A stretch of 64,000 bases of DNA from Rhizophagus irregularis (Eukaryota). Shown here one piece after another: positions 40,328-53,968 of the stretch. The position numbers and the translations under genes were made by a program. The DNA lies in contig NC_089430.1 in NCBI RefSeq assembly GCF_026210795.1, positions 5,332,001-5,396,000 on the forward strand, given 5' to 3'. Below the pieces are notes generated by a model. That model made no database searches. It was not told the DNA's origin and worked only from the letters and a program-made list of their open reading frames with translations. Numbering within the stretch: position 1 is the first letter of the stretch; each line of letters starts with the position of its first letter.

Positions 40328-43300
40328 TTAATTAGTATTTAATTGTGGGAGATCAAATCGTAAAGATTCTATTTAGTAAATTAAAAAATTTGTTATTATC
40401 CTTTAAATTTTAATTTGCATTTTTAAAACAAATAATATATTATTAATTAATACCTGAAAATTCTATGCTTGTTATATTATCATTTTGTTTGAAATAATCA
40501 TCAGAATTTTTTGGTTCAGGAAGATTATTAAGATTAAGCAATCTACTTGTATAAACAGCTTTGGAATGTGTTTCATATGATAAACTAATAGCTGGTAAAG
40601 TATTATTGATTTCTTCTGCTTCTTTAATTTGCTTTCCTATTTCTGATTGATCACTAGAACACCAATCTTGTAAAATTTTAAAAATTTCATGTGCTTCTGG
40701 TCGATATAAAGGATTTGCATCTAAACACTTTTTAATTAATTGCACAATTAATTGGGGTACTTCAATACCACTAAAACATGGTCTAAGTCCTTGACAAATT
40801 TTTATTGCTAAATCATTATCATGGCTTAAATCATAATATGGAGGTAAACCAGAAACTATTTCATACATAATAATACCAAAACTAAAAATATCAGTTGCTT
40901 TGGTATAATTTCGTCCCCTTAAAAGTTCAGGAGCCATATATGGTAAAACGCCATATATTTCGTTCTCTGCATTTTCTGATACAATATAATTTGCAGGTTT
41001 ACATAATCCTATGTCAGTTATAGTAGTATCATCATATTTAAGTTTTAGTATGTTGCCAATATGTAAATCTCGATGGATTAATCCCTTTTCATGAATATTT
41101 TTGAGTCTACTTATAATATTATATATATAAACTACCTTTTTGTTCCAATTTAATTTACTATATTCTTTATCTAAATAATTTCGTAAGCTTCCATTTTCTG
41201 CATAATCTAAAACCATCATATAATTTTTTGTTTTAGGATCCTGAGTCATTCCATAAAGTTCAATGTTGAAGTTATTGTCTATTTTCTTTTTATTATGCAA
41301 AACAAACTATATGAAAATAAAAATACACATATATTAGTTAAATTAACAATATAAAGTATCTTAATTATAAATCAGTGTGATTAAAATATACCTCATTTAC
41401 AAATTCTGATGTAATGATTTCTGAATTGTTAAAGCTTTTCAAAATTACAAACATATTTTCATTATATCTTTGCCAACTTTTACTTTCATCATTCCATTTA
41501 TGTATTCGTCCATCAATCCAATTTGCTCTATACACTTTACTAAATCCACCTTTTGCAATATATTTTATATCATAAAATTTATTATAAGGTATCCATTCCA
41601 ACACTTTTTTATATACTCCTTCATAGTTATTACAACGCATCGATGATATTTGTGTATTTTGAATAATTTTATCAATATCTTTATTGCCACTTGTCCAATT
41701 TTCAAAATTTTGTTGAAAGTGTAATGCATCATACATACAATTACATTTTTTACATTTGTTATTAAAGACTATCATATAATTCTTTGTCTCTGGATTTTGA
41801 GTTATTCCATAAATTTCATAATCTATTTTAAACTAAAAAAATATATAATATATCAGTAAAATTAAAATCTTTTAAAATTTCATTAACAGTTAAGTAATTA
41901 TTCAATTATACCTTATTTATAAATTCTGATACAATAGATATTGAATTATTGAAGCTTTTTAGAATAACAACCACATTTTGATTCTTTCTACTCCAATTTC
42001 CATTTTCGTAATTCCAACTATGTATATTTCCGTCATACCAATTTGCTTTATATATTTTAATTTCTGAAATATATTCAATATTATAAAATTTATCATAAGG
42101 TATCCATTCCAATACTGCTTCTACATTATTATGAACTAATAGCTGAGTATCTTGAATAAATTTATCAATATCACTATTACCACTAGTCCAATTATCAAAA
42201 TTTTGTTGAAAGAGTATTGCATAACATACACAATTACATTTTTTACATTTATTATTTAAGACAATCATGTAATTCATAGTTTCTGGATCTTGAGTTATTC
42301 CATAAAACTTGTAACCTATTTTAACCTAAAAAAAATAGCATATTTGTATCAGTAAATTATAATCTTTTAAATTCCATTAAATCATGAGTTATTATACCTC
42401 ATTTATAAATTCTAATGTAATATGTTTTGGACTATTTAAATCATTCAGATACACAATCATATTTTGGTTTGTTCTCTTAATATCATTACTATTAACCCAA
42501 TAATTGATAATATGTCCATCATACCAATTAGCTTTATATACCATCTTGCCAAACATGCTTTCTGAAATATGTCTAATATTATAAAATCTATCAAAAGGTA
42601 TCCATTCTAATGCTTTACTTGCATAATTATGATCTGATAGCTGGGTTTCTTGAATAGCTTTATCAATATCATGATCACCACTAGTCCAATTTTCAAAATT
42701 ATTTTGAAAATATATTGCATTACATACATGATTACATTTTTTACATTTATCATTCAAAACCATCATATAATTTTTTGTTATTGGTTCTTGAGTTATTCCA
42801 TAAATTCTATTAACCTATAAATATAATTTATTAGTATAATTAAAATCATTTAATCTTTTAAAATTTACATTAAATAATAAATTAGGCACCTCATTCATAA
42901 TTTCTAATTTAATATGTTTCGACTTATTTAAGCTTTTTAGTATCACAATAAGTTTAGGATAATTTTTTCTTCTCCAATTCTGATTTACATAATCCCAATT
43001 CCATATATATCCATCAATCCAATTTGCTTTATATGTTTTGACAGAACTGCTTTCTAAAATGTGCTTAATATTATAAAATCTATCATTAGGTATCCATTCT
43101 AATGTTCCTTCCACATTATCATGAGCTGATAGCTGAGCATCTTGAATTAATTTATCAATATCATTATCTCCACTAGTCCAATTATCAAAATTTTGTTGAA
43201 AGTGCATTGCATTACATATGCTATTGCATTTTTTACATTTAGTATTCAAGACCATCATGTAATTCTTTGTTTCTGGATCCTGGGTTATTCCATAGACAAC

Positions 43301-44319
43301 ATAATCTATTTTAATCTAAAATATAAATATATTAGTAAAATCAAAAATTTCAAATTTTTATTATTACTGCATAATATACCTCATTCATAAATTCTAATGT
43401 AATATTTTTTGACTTATTTAAGTCTTTTAGTTCTACAATCATATTTTGATATTTTCTTTTCCAATTATGATTTTCACAATCCCAATACCATAAATATCCA
43501 TCATACCAATTTGCTTTATGTATTTCACCAAACCTACTTTCTAAAATATGCTTGACATTATAAAGTCTATTATAAGGTATCCATTCTAATATATCTAATA
43601 CTCCATATTTAGTATGATCTGATAACTGAATATCTTGAATAAAATTATCAATATAATTATCACCACTAGTCCAATTTTCAAAATTTCGTTGAAGATGTAT
43701 TGCGTTACATATAAAATTACACTTTTTACATTTATTATTTAAAACCATATAATATAAATTTTTTGTTTCAGGATCCTGAGTTATTCCATAAAATTCACTA
43801 TCTATTTTAACCTATAAATAATAATATATTAGTAAAAATAAAGATCTCAAAAAAAAAAAAAAAAAAAATTTAATAATAATAAATTATTAATTATACCTCA
43901 TTCATAAAATTTAATGTAAGATTTTTTGAATTATTTAAAGTTTCCAGATTTACAAACATATTTTGATAATTCCTTTTCCAACTTTCATTATGATGATCCC
44001 AGTATAGTATACGTCCATCAATCCAATTTGCTCTATAAATCTTACCAAACTTACCTTTCGCAATATATTTTATGTCATAAAATCTATTATAGGGTATAAA
44101 TTCTAACGCTTCTTCTGTATTATCATGAGCTGATAGTTGTGTATCTTGAATAAATTTATCAATATCATTGTCGCCACTAGTCCAATTTACAAAATTTCGT
44201 TGAAAGTGTATTGAATTACATGTATTATTACATTTTTCACACATCACATATAATTCATTAATATGTGATGATGATTCCTTAGTAGTTAGCTTATTAATAT
44301 CTTTGATAAAAGAATTCAT
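40328..44319 (-). CDS. TKL-type protein kinase with 6 N-lobe repeat exons (kinase gene 3)
   Basis: Six homologous exons (ORFs from 43891-44319 to 41365-41775), kinase exon 40443-41300 (HRDLHIGNIL, DIG, APE) and a last mini-exon ESLRFDLPQLNTN* ending at 40328. Confidence 0.85.
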
Positions 44320-46510
44320 TGAAACTTTATTTAAAATTAAAAAAATATATTCGGGTTAATATAATAACAGAAAAAAAATTAGAATAAAGACAATACTTAT
44401 TATTATTAGCTTAAATAAGTGTCATAAACAAACTCTGCTTAATTGCGTAAGAATGAACCAAAATAAATTGTAAATCCTTCTTTTTTTGGATAATTCCAGA
44501 CGGCAATACGTAATTCTGGCTGAACTAATAAACTAACAGTAAATGAGCGCCGATCCCTTGTTACTTATTTATTTGCGAGAACCTTGTTCAACAGATCACC
44601 TACACATGCAGATTTGTAACATGGAATTTAAAAATGCTTTGAAATTTTTTAGAAATAAAAAAATAAAGGTTGTAATTTATTCGGTTCGAATTTGGAAAAA
44701 ATAAGTTATACTACTCAAATGAATACGAATAACATTGGAATATTGATTCTTCTTGCATCACGATAATCCGATCAGTGTTAATTAGCGATAATGCGACTGC
44801 AGTTTTTTTATGGTATAAAGAATTTTTTTTAGTTTATCGTTTTTACATATATATCTGAAATTTTATTAATTCATTTGTTTTAACCAGGCTTTCCTTGGCC
44901 TACTTTTCAAATAAACTTATAAATAAAACATGAATTTATTAAAAAAAAATTTATTTTCTGAAGTTTAAATATTTATTTATTTGATTCCTATTTGAAAGTA
45001 TAAAAATTTATTTAAATATTATTTATGAAATTGATATACGAGATTTGATTAAATTGATATGTTACTCAGTTAAAAAAAATTATAGTATTTTAGGAGAAAG
45101 TATCATTCATATGCTTTTTTAGGAACATACAAACTAAATAAATGTCCCTTCCATAGACTTTATTTTATAATTGTATCCTGAATCCACATTAATATAAAAT
45201 CACTAAAAAATTACTCCGAAGAGACACTAGAATAAAAATATTTACAAGGCAGTTGAGCTAAATTATTCGAAATTTAAATAAAAGTTAATATTCATAATAA
45301 GTTCATCTATGAACAACCAAGCCAAGAAAATTAATTTTTATATTTGGATATCTTTCTCATCCAATAATTTTGAGACAAATTGTGTCTAATCTAAATATTG
45401 TAATTGTATAATAAATAAATCTCATTATGTATCCATCTTCGTGGCGCAACTTTATTGGTCGATTTGTACAAATCAGGAAACATTTGATATATCAAAAGTT
45501 ATTCACCAGTTGGTATAAACTGGCACATTCAAGTCGTATCTAATCAATGCAATACAAGTGACCAAAATTTTTATTTAAGACAATTTCCTTGATATTATCT
45601 TCGAGTTAAAATAAATCAAACAAGAATGTTACTATAAATATTGTCAAGTTTTAGATATTAACTTTATAGAGCCGGATTTAAAATCATTTAGTAGTAATTA
45701 AAAATTATTGTTTACATTTTAATTGTTAAAAAATATAATAAAGTATTAGAAAAAAAGAATAAAAGAAGAATGTCCTTCGAACTTTTATGATATAATATTA
45801 GTACAAAGACACTGATGGAAATTATCCTCTTCAAATTTACGTTAATGGTTCTTGCGTGTTGTGGCCCAGGAAGCGATTTAATCACCTTTTTTTACCATAG
45901 TTTATAAAGTATTTCCAACATAGGATCTTTAAGTAGTTTTAGATCACTCATTTTTTTTATTAAATATGAACCGCAGTAGAATCAGTGAAATAGGCTTAGA
46001 CTTTTTACATAACTCTCACTATAAGTAAACAATTATTTAAGAAATAAAAAAAGTATTTTTTTTTTATTTCTTTGAATTAAATAGTAATACTCTAAAAATA
46101 ACAAAAATAGTAATAATAATGATAAAAATTAAAATTCCGCGAAAAATGATGTAGCATGTACACCAGAATTAACGTAATGTTAATTTCTCCCGATTAAGAT
46201 TAGCAACATTCAACACTAAATATAAATTATTGTTTTTGTTTTTTTTAGGGACGCTCTAGGGATACCGGTTTCTTGTATAAATTTAAAGATAAATTATAAA
46301 GGAGATAAGTGTATGTTTGATTTTTTTATTTGACACTAAAGAAATGTTTCTGACATTTTCATTTCTTGTTGCTAGGTTCAAATCTGTAGATCAAAGTGAT
46401 GAAGTGATGAACTAATTTTTCGAGTATGGTAAACTAATAAATATATTGATATTTTTTTAGAAGCTGGTAAATTCTCAGATTTTAAACAATTAATGTTATC
46501 ATTTCACATT

Positions 46511-46653
46511 TTTTATTTTTATTTTTATTTTTATTTTTATTTTTATTTAACAGTAATAGTTAGCGAATACAAATTTTATAAACATATCAAAAATGAAAAA
46601 GTAAAATAAAAAAATGAACTAAACTATCAGAAGAATCTACTTCGATGGTGGGA
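46511..46653 (-). mobile_element. Very short 5'-truncated non-LTR retroelement 3' end
   Basis: Begins with a (TTTTTA)n tail on + and is flanked by TGTTATCATTTCACATT at 46494-46510 and 46654-46670. Confidence 0.6.
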
Positions 46654-46670
46654 TGTTATCATTTCACATT

Positions 46671-47719
46671 TTTATTTTTATTTTTATTAATGGGTTCCAG
46701 TTAGAAACCTAACATGGACGCGATTATAAGTAGAAAATTACATATAAGTCAAAATTGACAAAAATACTAACTAAACTACACGCGAAAATAATCTACTCAA
46801 ACCGGTGGGCAATTAACAGGAAGAAGGTATATTGTGAGATACTAAAATTAGACCCCACGACACAAAAACCCAGATAACGCCACTGCCTCCCATACTCTCG
46901 CCTAGGTAAACCTAAGTTTTGGTAAGTTGAAGCCCGTACCCCGCAGATTATCAAACTGAACCGCCAGCCCCTGGTTGGAAAAATCCCCCCACACTGGTCG
47001 ATAAAAATAAATTCTCCAAGTGACTATATTACCAGAGTTAACAAACTACCTAAGAGTAAACTAAAGGGGAACTTTTTAGTATCATGTAATCCCCGAAAGG
47101 ACATCCACCTCATTTTGAACGATCCCTCCAATCTAAACTAAACCGCAGTAAAAACTCATGATAGTCCAAACATGTGCCACCTTGACCTCACCTGACCAAA
47201 AACTGATCACCAAGATCTGCACCCCCCTTAAATTACACCCAACTCTCTCAAAAGAAAAGATCTACAAACCACCTGATGTCGATCAATTTTGGGATACCCC
47301 CCTACCCCCAGAAAAACTCCAAAAAGCAGAAGGCAAAAAAGAAAGACGAGAAAAATTTACCAAAAAAATAAGAAAAATTCATAACCCTAGGAAAACCAAC
47401 CCAAAGGAGTAAAAACCTAGGTAAAGAGGGAAATTTCACCAAACTATCACCAGGAACAACCCCTTATTATTAAGAAAGCGAACTTTCACCACTGAGCGAA
47501 ATGGAAATTTCTTCCTTCCAGCTTGGAATCTTCAACCTTATAACCAAAGTCGTTCAAAACATATGAACAAGTGCCGCTGGACCCAATAGAGACAAGTAGC
47601 GGAAACCAAGTTGGTGTTTTAACCAGGTATTTAGGGCAACTTCTTTAAATACGAGTATTTTAAAATGAGTGAAATATTATTTCCATTAAGAAAAGTGAGA
47701 GAAAGGAGAGAGAGTTATC
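46671..47719 (-). mobile_element. 5'-truncated non-LTR retroelement fragment (~1.05 kb)
   Basis: (TTTTTA)n tail at the left, a GC-richer C/A-skewed body, and flanking TGTTATCATTTCACATT at 46654-46670 and 47720-47736. No recognisable protein motif. Confidence 0.65.
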
Positions 47720-47924
47720 TGTTATCATTTCACATTAACACCCAAGTAGGATTTTTAGACGATTTTTTACTCTAAAAGGCAAAAATTTTGGTTGATCATT
47801 TCATTTTGGTCAGATTTTCACCTAAATTTTCTATTCCGATTTTGAAATCATCCACATGCATAGTTGCCATGGATACAAAAAAAATTGCCTTTTTCGTAAA
47901 AAACTCTCAATTTAATCTTAAGTA

Positions 47925-47992
47925 TTAGTACAAGTACTGTACATGTACAAGTACAAGAGCAAGAACATGAACATGTACATGTACATGTACAG
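47925..47992. repeat. Imperfect hexamer microsatellite (GTACAT/GTACAA)n
   Basis: gtacaagtactgtacatgtacaagtacaagagcaagaacatgaacatgtacatgtacatgtaca. Confidence 0.8.
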
Positions 47993-48124
47993 AGAAAGTG
48001 AACATTCACTATGGAAACTTTTTGCGCAGAGTTTAACTGTGCTGCTCAAAAAGAATGTTAACTTGACAGATCATGAATAAATCAACATTTTTTAATAATA
48101 TGTTGATCATTTTGTTAAAATATA

Positions 48125-49560
48125 AAAAAAATTAATTTTTTTAAATTAAAAACGTCAAACTTGACGTTTTTGTAATTAAAAAATCAAAAAAAAAAATATT
48201 TTTTTTAATTAAAAACGTCAAACTTGACGTTGTTGTAATTAAAAAATCAAAAAAAAATATTTTTTTTAATTAAAAACGTCAAACTTTGACGTTTTTGTAA
48301 TTAAAAAATCAAAAAAAATTAATTTTTTTAATTAAAAACGTCAAACTTGACGTTTTTGTAATTAAAAAATCAAAAAAAATTAATTTTTTTAATTAAAAAC
48401 GTCAAACTTGACGTTTTTGTAATTAAAAAATCAAAAAAAAAATTATTTTTTTTAATTAAAAACGTCAAACTTTGACGTTTTTGTAATTAAAAATCAAAAA
48501 AAAATTATTTTTTTTAATTAAAAACGTCAAACTTTGACGTTTTTGTAATTAAAAAATCAAAAAAAAATTATTTTTTTTAATTAAAAACGTCAAACTTTGA
48601 CGTTTTTGTAATTAAAAAATCAAAAAAAAATTATTTTTTTTAATTAAAAACGTCAAACTTTGACGTTTTTGTAATTAAAAAATCAAAAAAAATTATTTTT
48701 TTTAATTAAAACGTCAAACTTGACGTTTTTGTAATTAAAAAATCAAAAAAAAATTATTTTTTTTAATTAAAAACGTCAAACTTGACGTTTTTGTAATTAA
48801 AAAATCAAAAAAAATTATTTTTTTTAATTAAAAACGTCAAACTTGACGTTTTTGTAATTAAAAAATCAAAAAAAAAATATATTTTTTAATTAAAAACGTC
48901 AAGCTTGACGTTTTTGTAATTAAAAAATCAAAAAAAAAATATTTTTTTTAATTAAAAACGTCAAACTTGACGTTTTTGTAATTAAAAAATCAAAAAAAAA
49001 ATAATTTTTTTAATTAAAAACGTCAAACTTGACGTTTTTGTAATTAAAAAAATCAAAAAAATTAATTTTTCTAATTAAAAACGTCAAAGACGTTTTTGTA
49101 GTTAAAAAATCAAAAAAAAATAATTTTTTTAATTAAAAACGTCAAACTTGACGTTTTTGTAATTAAAAAAATCAAAAAAATTAATTTTTCTAATTAAAAA
49201 CATCAAAGACGTTTTTGTAGTTAAAAAATCAAAAAAAAATAATTTTTTTAATTAAAAACGTCACTTGACATTTTTGTAGTTATAAAATCAAAAAAAATAA
49301 TTTTTCTAATTAAAAATGTCAAACTTGACGTTTTTGTAATTAAAAAATCAAAAAAAAATTATTTTTTTTAATTAAAAACGTCAAACTTGACGTTGTTGTA
49401 ATTAAAAAATCAAAAAAAAATTATTTTTTCTAATTAAAAACGTCAAACTTGACGTTTTTGTAATTAAAAAATCAAAAAAATTAATTTTTCTAATTAAAAA
49501 CGTCAAACTTGATGTTGTTGTAATTAAAAAATCAAAAAAATTAATTTTTCTAATTAAAAT
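48125..49560. repeat. Palindromic minisatellite, ~60-bp unit, ~24 copies
   Basis: Unit AATTAAAAACGTCAAAC(T)TTGACGTTTTTGTAATTAAAAAATCAAAAAAAATTATTTTTTT; each copy contains the dyad AAAAACGTCAA-AC-TTGACGTTTTT. Confidence 0.97.
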
Positions 49561-49609
49561 AATCTTGATTAATAGTATTAAAATAAATATTTTTACGATA
49601 CAGTAAAAT

Positions 49610-50030
49610 TACAGTTTTTCTGTATAAAACTCAAAATTGGTATTCTAAATCTAACTTTTAAGATTAATTAAAGTTGTAGACCTAATAAAGTTATACATAA
49701 TTACAAATTTACAGACTTATGTAATGAATGGATAAGTCTCACACCTTAATTTCGTGCTTAATTTTAACGATTTTAACAGTTTATCTATGTATGACTCAAA
49801 AACGGCATTCTAAATCTACTTTTTAAGATTAATTATATTTGTAGCCCTAATAAAGTTACATTTAATTGCAAATTTACAGACTTTACGTAATAAATGAATA
49901 AGTCTCCCGCCTTAATTTCGTGCTTAATTTTAATGATTTTAACAGTTTATCTATGTATAACTCAAAATTAGCATTCTAAATCAAACTTTTAAGATTAGTT
50001 AAATTTGTAGCCCCGATAAAATTACATATA
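49610..50030. repeat. ~165-bp tandem repeat, ~2.5 copies
   Basis: ACTCAAAA..G(C/T)ATTCTAAATC recurs at ~49629, 49794 and 49960, with matching downstream sequence. Confidence 0.8.
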
Positions 50031-50104
50031 ATCCTTGCATTTGGGATCTCTTTAATTAATAGCTCCAGAAATATTAAAAAAGTTCATAAAAGTCAAGAAA
50101 GTTT

Positions 50105-53100
50105 CTTTGCTGAAACCTATCGATTTTGAAAAATATGGTAGAAACATTTTTAAAATATGATCACCATATTGCATACGTATTTCTGTTAACTCTGTTGTAA
50201 CTCGATAACAGTAATATGTTAAGCATATGTCAAAAATATGAAATAAAAATATGTCTAGAATATGTTAAACATCAATCAAAAATATGATGAAAATATGTAA
50301 TAGGAATGTTTTTATTATATATCAAAAATATGTTGGAAATATGTAATAGGGATGTTTTCATTATATATCAAAAATATGTTGGAAATATTATAAATCAATT
50401 TATTAAAATAATCAAAAATTTAATTACATGTATACAATATCATATGGCACAAATGTTTCTCTCATCTATCAAAAAATTTAAAATACTATATAATTCTTAA
50501 TAATATTATTATCCATACCAATACCGCATTATAATAAAATATAACATCGATTTCCTTCATTATGCTCAGTATTATGTATTCCTACAATTGTGATAAAGAA
50601 TAAACGTGGAATGTGATCAACCAAGGTAATTGGAAAATTTTGAAACCACCGTAGTGATTCTTTAGCCTTCTATAAAATAAATATAAATAAAATGTTAATA
50701 TTATTTCATTAATAAAAAAATAGCTAAATAAATTAAGTTTTTAAAATCAAAACTTACCATCCAATCCACTCAAGAACCAGAATCCATTTCCTATAAAAAA
50801 GAGGAAAAGTTAAATATTATTTAAAAAAATTTAATTTTGAAATAATTTAATTTCAAAATTTTGAACTCACCATCCGATCAATTGGAAATCCATCCTATAA
50901 AAAAAAAAAGAAAAAAACAGTAATCACAATTTTTTATCATTTTCGAATTTATTTTCCCAAAAGTTTACCTTCATCTACTAATTTCGCACAATCCGAACAA
51001 TATAAAGACCAGTTATCATACTGGGAACTCTGATAATTGAGTCAAAGGAAAACATAAAATAAAAGAAGACGCTACTGTAATTAAACATCTTTCACAAGAG
51101 TTCTAAAGATAGGAGTCCTACTAAAGAAATAATTTTCAAAAATATTTTTGATACTCACTTGGGAATCTGGTGTCTACATCCGTCAGAGCTGATTTCCCTA
51201 CAAAAAAAGAAAAAATGTAAAAAAAAATTTTTTTCTTTAAAATTTTGAATTCCTATTTTCGAAACTTACAATCTTTGAGATTTCAGTTTTCCAAGTCGGA
51301 ACTGATTGAAAAAAAAAATGATAAAAAGTTTTTTTAAAAGTTTTGAGTTCAACTCGCCATTATCTAGAATTCCAGCTTTCAAGTCAGAGCTAATTTCCTA
51401 CAAAAATCAAACAAAAATAAGTTTTAAAAAAACTTTTCTTTAAAGTTTCAAATTTCTGTTTTTGAAACTTACCTATTCTACGCATCCAAACTTGTCTAAA
51501 AATATGAAAAAACAAGGCCAATTTCTTACTGAAATCCTAGTATCCAAGCCGTTTAAAAAAAAAAGCATTTTAAAAGACGAAATAGAGAAATTTTTTTAAA
51601 AAAACCAAAATCCATATCCAAAGAACTAAAAAGTCGCTTAAAAGAGAAAAGAAACAGAACATTAATAATTATTTCATTAAAGAGATAGGCCAGAAACATT
51701 CCTCTTACCAAAATCCTTGTCCAAAAATATTCAAAGAATACTGAAATTTACATCTGTCTAAAAAAAAAGAAAAAAGTGAGAAAAAGGGAAGTACATGAAA
51801 GAGAGATAGGGAAAAAATGAAAAGAGGGAAAGGGAAATTATAAAAGAGAGGGAAAGGGGGAAAATGAGAGAGGAAAGTTTACCAAAAAAAAGTTTATGCC
51901 GAAAAAAGTTTAACTTTTTTTTAAACTTTAACTTTAGACTTTTTTTAAAGTTATACTTTTTTTTAAAAAAAAGTGATATTGTTATATTGCTAATATTAAA
52001 TCACATGACGCGAATTTATTACAATAAGTTTGTATAACCGAAAATTTGAACTTTTTTTTCCCACTTAAAATACTTATTTATATAAACTTTTTTCCTTTTT
52101 TTTCACACTTTTTTTTCCAACTTTCTATAACCTAAAAATTTTTTCTTTCCTATAGAAATATTATTATTTTAGTAAAAGCTTTTTTTCAATGGAAGAACCA
52201 TTTATAAAGGAACCAGAAAGTATTATATAGTACATGAAAATTTTGGTTTTCTTTTTACTTTTATTTTTTTGATAAAGTATTACGTTTTACTACTAAAAAA
52301 AAAATATATAATAAATCTTTTATCAGAAAATGGCCCATATTTTATATTGTGAGTCAAAATAAAGTCATTCAAAGGATTTGTGGCTGATATTGTTATATTA
52401 TCATGTTTGGCTATGGGTAGCTTTTCTCTTTAGATGGATCTAGATGCGTAAAATTTGGTTGGTATATTGATCGTATCGGCTGTAATTTTCCCGGGATCAT
52501 CTGTACAAGTCACTGTTATGCAAATCAATTGATATCATGTGATTATAAACAAAAAAAGAAAGTATTTTTTTTTTATTTAATTTGATTGTTTACTAATTGC
52601 TCATTTATCTATTTTATTTTTTTAGGATACATTTTATTAGCGGTGCAAACATTCTGGATTTATTAGTATAAAGTATAAACAGACTTGTTAGAGGTCATAA
52701 GCTATCCCACCAGCTGGCAAAGTGTATGAAATTTCTTTTAATTCACAAAGAAAGCCTTGCTAAAGTCATCTTTAGTGTAGGTCTAGTAATACATTGCCTT
52801 AATTGAGCGTGGCTACGAAGTTTATGATTTTTAAATATATATTATATATCAATATTGATATCTTATGTTTGATTACACAATTTATTTACTATTTAAATTA
52901 AATACATTTTTGCTATATATCAATAAATTAACAATAACGAGTGTCCTTATTATATTATTATAATGCATTTTAATAAATTAGTGTTATGATAAATGGCAAA
53001 GCTAATCAAGATTTATTTTTTAGCATTAGGTAAATTGAACACAATTTGTATTTTCGTTAAAAGGATAAAATTATAAATTTTTATTTTTATTTTTTTAAAA

Positions 53101-53667
53101 AAAAATCATATTATTTAAAATTAAAAAAATTAAGGTTTCATATTGCCTTCATATAGCCAATATAAAGTAGTGATTTGGTAACTAAGACGAAAAAAATGCA
53201 CTAGCGATCAACCTTATAGTCACATGACAGTCACATGCTAGAAGCAGTTATTCATATAACAACAACATATTCAAAATATATTATTCATATATCAACAACA
53301 TATTCAAAATATATTGTTTGTATATCAACAACAGTATTCAAAATATGTTATTCATATATCAACAGCATACTTGAAATATATTAACAACATATTCAAAATA
53401 TTCATTATATCATTTGTTTAAGTACATGTTTTAACATACTTTGAAAATATTGTAAAATTATTTTATTCATATTACAAAAATATTTACTACACTATATTAG
53501 TTTAAGTTTAAATTTCAACATATATTAAAAATATTATAACATTATTTTATTAATATTACAAACATATTGCGTATATTAAAATATATAGAACATATATATA
53601 CCATCTGTTAGTAATATGTAGTGATTATGTCTGACATATTTTGTGAAAACCAGAGGTTTCTGCAAAG
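50105..53667 (-). mobile_element. Non-autonomous CACTA/CMC-like TIR element, copy 1 (3,563 bp)
   Basis: TIRs CTTTGCTGAAACCT and AGGTTTCTGCAAAG (13/14); TT(T) on both flanks; subterminal tandem repeats at ~50285-50390 and ~53250-53410; reverse complement of 59811-63377. Confidence 0.9.
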
Positions 53668-53859
53668 TTTGTGCTACGCAAAACAAATGTTTTACTTATA
53701 GATCGGCATAATGCATTTCTTCAATTTTAATATGAAAATCAAGTTTACACCACTTTTGATTATATGTTAACTACATGTTTTTACAATATAACATCCCATA
53801 ATTTTATCATGCAAGATACATTATGTTATATTCTTTTTATAAATCAATTTATTTTTACT

Positions 53860-53968
53860 GTTGCTATCATTTGCAACTTACCCAGGAATGAACGATTTAA
53901 ACCATCCAATATATTAACATTGGCATTAATCCCAGGACCAAATGATCCATCATTACATCGCATAAATT
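53860..53968 (+). pseudogene. Short fragment of a CACTA/EnSpm (CMC) transposase
   Basis: Translates to AIICNLPRNERFKPSNILTLALIPGPNDPSLHRIN, matching the NLP..ER....N......IPGP.EP motif characteristic of EnSpm-type transposases. Confidence 0.75.

Noticed and set aside
47158..47412. 84-aa Lys/Pro-rich ORF
   Set aside because: Antisense to a retroelement fragment; its composition reflects strand skew.
48125..49560. CRISPR-like array of palindromic repeats
   Set aside because: Sequences between the dyads are near-identical rather than unique spacers, there are no cas genes, and the context is eukaryotic.
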